NCBI GenBank assembly: GCA_024679065.1
Contig: JAGIQG010000009.1
Coordinates: 81,778,001-81,842,000, forward strand
Length of the DNA: 64,000 nucleotides
Source of the DNA: Sphyrna mokarran
Taxonomy: Eukaryota
Direction: 5' to 3'
Positions 59,771 to 64,000 of this stretch are shown here, piece by piece. Under the pieces are notes generated by a model. It saw nothing but the letters and a program-made list of their open reading frames with translations, had not been told where the DNA came from and searched no databases. Each line of letters opens with the position of its first letter. The stretch's first letter is position 1. Position numbers and translations under genes: made by a program.

Positions 59771-62700
59771 TTAGTGCCAGCAGCAATGCCCATCTCTGCA
59801 CCCTGGCAGAGGCAATAGGTGGCACTGGCTTAATGTCCTGGAAAAGCCCCAACAATGGCTTATGGTCTGACACGATGGTGAAATGCTGCCCATAGACATA
59901 TTGGTGAAATTTTTCACTGTGTGGATAACTGCTAGGCTTTCTATCTCGATTTGTGAGTACATTTTCTCAACACCTGACAAAGTCCTCAAAACAAATGAAT
60001 TTGGACTCTCCATTCCATCCTCCAGTCTATGGGAAAGAACTCTCCAACTCCATATCACATTATACAGTCACACAGCACTGAAATAGTCCCACCATATCTA
60101 TATTGGCCATCTAATACCAATCTATACTAATCCCATTTACCTGCTCCCATATTCCAACCCCGGCTAATGAAGGCAAGCATTCCAACTGCCTTCTTCGTCA
60201 CACTATCTCTCTCTGTAATACAACCTTCAGGGATTCATGGATTTGTAAACCAAAGTCCCTTTGTTCTTCAATTCTCCCTCGGGACCCACCGTTCATTGTG
60301 TATATCCTACCCTTACTAAATCTCCCAAAATACAGCACCTCACACTTATCAGGATTAAATTCCATGTTTCATTGCTCTGTCCACCTACCCCATCCCCAAA
60401 ATGCTCACCCCACTGACACTTCAACATTCCTGAGGATTAAATCAAGCACTAGCCATCCCAAAATTATCTATCAACTGACAGAAAAAACTCTCCTGGAATC
60501 ACTTCAAAAATTCCACCCTATCTAATCCTTTCACACTGAGGTGATTCTATTAATATTGGTGAGGTTGAAATCCCCAACTACTATAACCCTATTCCTCTCA
60601 TACCTCTCTCTGTGATTTGCCTACATATCTGCTCCTCTATCTCCCTCTGAGTGTTGGGAGGGCTGTGCTATAATCCCATACAATGATTGCTCTTTATATT
60701 TCTCAGCTCCACCCATATGGCCATATTTGAAGAGCGTTCCAATATCTCTCCCATGTTACTTCAGGCTTGGTCTCTTTAAACAATAAAACAAGATCTTCTC
60801 CTATCTTACATCCCTCCCATCCCCATCACGCCTGGAACTTCTATACCCTGGAATGTTGAGATTCCAGTCCTGTCCTTCTTTCAACCATGTCTCATGATTG
60901 CAACAATCTCATATTTCCCCGTGCTGGCCAACTCTCTATGTTCATCTGCCTGACCAGACAGGCTCCTTGTATTAAGATAGATGCTGTTTAGTCTTCCAAT
61001 CCTCCCATATTAGCGAAAGTAGCAGGGTAGTTGTTATGGGGGACTTTAACTTTACAAATATTGATTGGAAAAGCTACAGTTCAAGCACGCTAGAGGGGTC
61101 AGTTTTTGTCCAATGTGTGCAGGAAGGTTTCATGACACAGTATGTGGATAGGCCAACAAGAGGTGAGGCTATATTGGATTTGGTTCTGGGTAATGAACCA
61201 GACCAGGTGTTAGACTTGGAGGTAGGTGAGCACTTTGGTGATAGTGACCACAATTCAGTTACATTTACCTTAGTGATGGAAAGGGGATAGGCATATATAC
61301 TGAAGGGCAGAAGTTATAGCTGGGGGAAAGGTAATTGTGAGGCTATTAGGCAAGATTTAGGATACATAGGGCGGAGTAGAAAACTGCAGGGGGGCTGGAA
61401 ACATCTGAAATGTGGAGCTTATTCAAGGAGCAGCCTCTGCAAGTCCTTGATAAATATGTACCTGTCAGGCAGGGAGGAAGTGGTCGAGCGAGGGAACTGT
61501 GGTGTACTAAGGAAATTGAATCTCTGGTGAAGAGGAAGAAGGAGGCTTATGAAAAGATGAGACATGAAGGCTCAGTTAGGGCACTGGAGAGTTACAAATT
61601 AGCCAGGAGGGAACTAAAGGGAGAGTTAAGAAGAGCTAGAAGAGGACATGAGAAGATTTTGGCAGAAAGAATCAAGGAGAACCCTAAAGCTTTCTATAGG
61701 TATGTCAAGAATAAAAGATTGGTTAGGACAAGATTAGGACCAGTCAGAGACAGCAGTAGAAAGTTGTGCGTGGAAAATGAAGAGATAGGAGAGGCACTGA
61801 AGGAGTATTTTTTGTCAGTATTCACGCAAGAAAAAGTCAGTATAGTCGAGGAGAAAACTGAGATACAGAGCTGTAGACTAGACGGGATTGAGGTACAAAA
61901 GGAGGAAGTGTTAGCAATTCTTGAGAATATGAAAATAGATAAATCCCCTGGGCCAGATGGGATTTACCCTAGATTCTCTGGGAGGCTGGGGAACAGATTG
62001 CAGAGCCTTTGGCTTTGATCTTCATGTCGTCATTGGCTACAGGTGTACTGCCAGAAAACTGGCGGATAGCCAATATTGTCCCCTTGTTCAAGAAGGGGAG
62101 TAGAGACTATCTTGGGAATTATAGACCGGTGAGCCTTAATTCTGTTGTGGGCAAAGTTTTGGAAAGAATTATAAGGGATAGGATTTATAATCATCTAGAG
62201 AGAAATAAATTGATTAGGGATAGTCAACACGGTTTTATGAAGGGTAGGTCGTGCCTCACAAACCTTATCGAGTTCTTTGAAAAGGTGATCAAAGAGGTGG
62301 ATAAGGGTGAGGCAGTTGATGTGGTGTATGTGGATTTCAGGAAAGCGTTTGATAAGGTGCCCCATGGTAGGCTACTGCAGAAAATGCAGATGCATGGGAT
62401 TGAGGGTGTTTTAGCAGTTTGGATCAGGAATTGGCTAGCTGATAGAAGACAGTGGGTGATGTTTGATGGGAAATATTCAGTCTGGACTGCAGTTACAAGT
62501 GGTGTACCTCAGGGATCTGTCTTGGGGCCACTGCTATTTGTCATTTTTATAAATGACCTAGATGAGGGTGTAGAAAAATGGGTTAGTAAATTTGCTGAGT
62601 CGGAGGAGTTGTAGACAGTGAGGATGGATGTTACAGTTTGCAGATGCACATAGATAAGCTGCAGAGCTGGACCAAGAGGTGGCAAATGTAGTTTAATACG

Positions 62701-64000
62701 GAAAAGTGTGAGGTGATTCACTTTGGTAAGAGTAACAGGAGTACAGAATATAGGGCTAATGGAAGGACTCTTAATAGTGTCGACGAGCAGAGAGATCTTG
62801 GTGTACGTGTGCATAGTTCCCTGAAAGTTGGCACCCAAGTTGATAAGGTTGTTAAAAAAGCAAACAGTGTGTTAGCTTTTATTGGTAGAGGGATTGAATT
62901 TCAGAGCCGTGAGGTCATGTTGCAACTGTTCAAAACTTGGTGCGGCCGCACTTGGAGTATTGTGTACAGTTTTGGTTGCTGCATTGTAAGAAAGATGTGA
63001 AGGCATTGGAAAGGGGTACAGAGGAGGTTTACCAGGATGTTGCCTGGTATGGTGGGTAGGTCTTATGAGGAAAGGCTGAGGGACTTGAGGTTATTTTCAT
63101 TAGAGAGAAGACGGTTAAGAGGAGACCTAATTGAGGCGTACAAGATGATCAGAGGGTTAGATAGGACGGACAGTGAGAGTCTTTTTCTTCGGATGGTGAT
63201 GGCTAACACGAGGGGACATAGCTTTAAATTAAGGGGTGGTAGTTATAGGACAGATGTCAGAATGAGGTTCTTTACTCAGAGGGTAGTAAGGGCATGGAAT
63301 GCCCTGCCTGTAGCGGTTGTGGACTCGCTAACTTTAAGGGAGCTCAAATGGTCAATGGATAAGCATTTGGATAGCATTGGAATAGTTTAGGTTAGAGGGT
63401 CATCAGATTGGCTCCACTGGTCAGCGCAACATCGAGGGCTGAAGGGTCTGTACTGCACTGTAATGTTCTATGTTCTATATCAAACCCATGTCTTCTCTGC
63501 CTGCTGGACTGACTGACTTTTCCTTCTATATCTGACTAAACTTCACTCCCAGAGGCCAGAGTTGTTGCTGAGTTCAGCAGGAACCTTCCAGTTGAGGAAA
63601 CCATTAGGAGGAGGCTGGTGATCAGGGAGTTGGGGGTCAGGGCCGGCAAGTGGAAGGAGGTGGGGGCTTTGGCAAAGCCATTGGGAGGCCAGTCTATTGG
63701 GGAAGGGGAGATGGGGAGAGGAGGTCAAGCCCTGTGATCAGGGAAGTGGGGAATTAGGTTGTGGGAAAACCATCGCGAGGCAGGGATGTGGAGTTTCTGA
63801 TCCAGTTCTCACTGGTGGGATTAACCCCGTCCACTGGTGTAAATTTCCAGTGGATTTTGTGAAACACCAAGTGCCAGAAATTCAACTGAGTATGCCCAGA
63901 AAACAGCGGGAAAATCTCACATCGTTTTTTGGGAAATTTGTCCCCATCTTTTCAAGAGTGTGATTAGTGGGACACTAATAACACTGTATCTACCTTCAAC
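59771..64000 (+). repeat. Start of a third, more diverged duplication unit
   Basis: 59771-60040 ~ 5785-6045; 60527-61007 ~ 6393-6620 + 7305-7490; 63481-64000 ~ 7506-8403. Confidence 0.85.
61010..63478 (+). mobile_element. 5'-truncated CR1-type LINE (EN C-terminus, RT, tail), unit 3-specific
   Basis: ORFs 61036-63390; the flanks are contiguous in units 1 and 2. Confidence 0.95.

Overview
Vertebrate genomic DNA, almost certainly from a cartilaginous fish (shark). It carries two complete, same-orientation immunoglobulin kappa-type (type III/NS4-like) light-chain miniclusters, each Leader-V-[12-RSS]...[23-RSS]-J-C, at about 16.0-25.0 kb and 47.2-56.4 kb, roughly 31 kb apart. Both are unrearranged (split) with open reading frames. 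They sit in a tandem segmental duplication (unit 1 ~0.27-26.5 kb, unit 2 ~26.5-59.8 kb), and a third, more diverged unit starts at ~59.8 kb and runs off the window. The rest is mostly CR1-type LINEs (one near full length, many copy-specific with target-site duplications), tRNA-derived V-SINEs, Gypsy and Penelope-like remnants, and two minisatellites. The most notable observations are: (1) geometry and germline microhomologies that favour in-frame intra-cluster and V1-to-J2 joining; (2) a tyrosine-rich replacement of the FR3 DE loop in V2; (3) a PU.1/IRF (EICE) element in inverted copies flanking cluster 1; (4) three locally templated inverted insertions in the cluster-1 J-C intron; (5) decayed hammerhead ribozymes in Penelope-derived palindromes. 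Coordinates were read by eye: exon and RSS boundaries were counted base by base, repeat boundaries are approximate.
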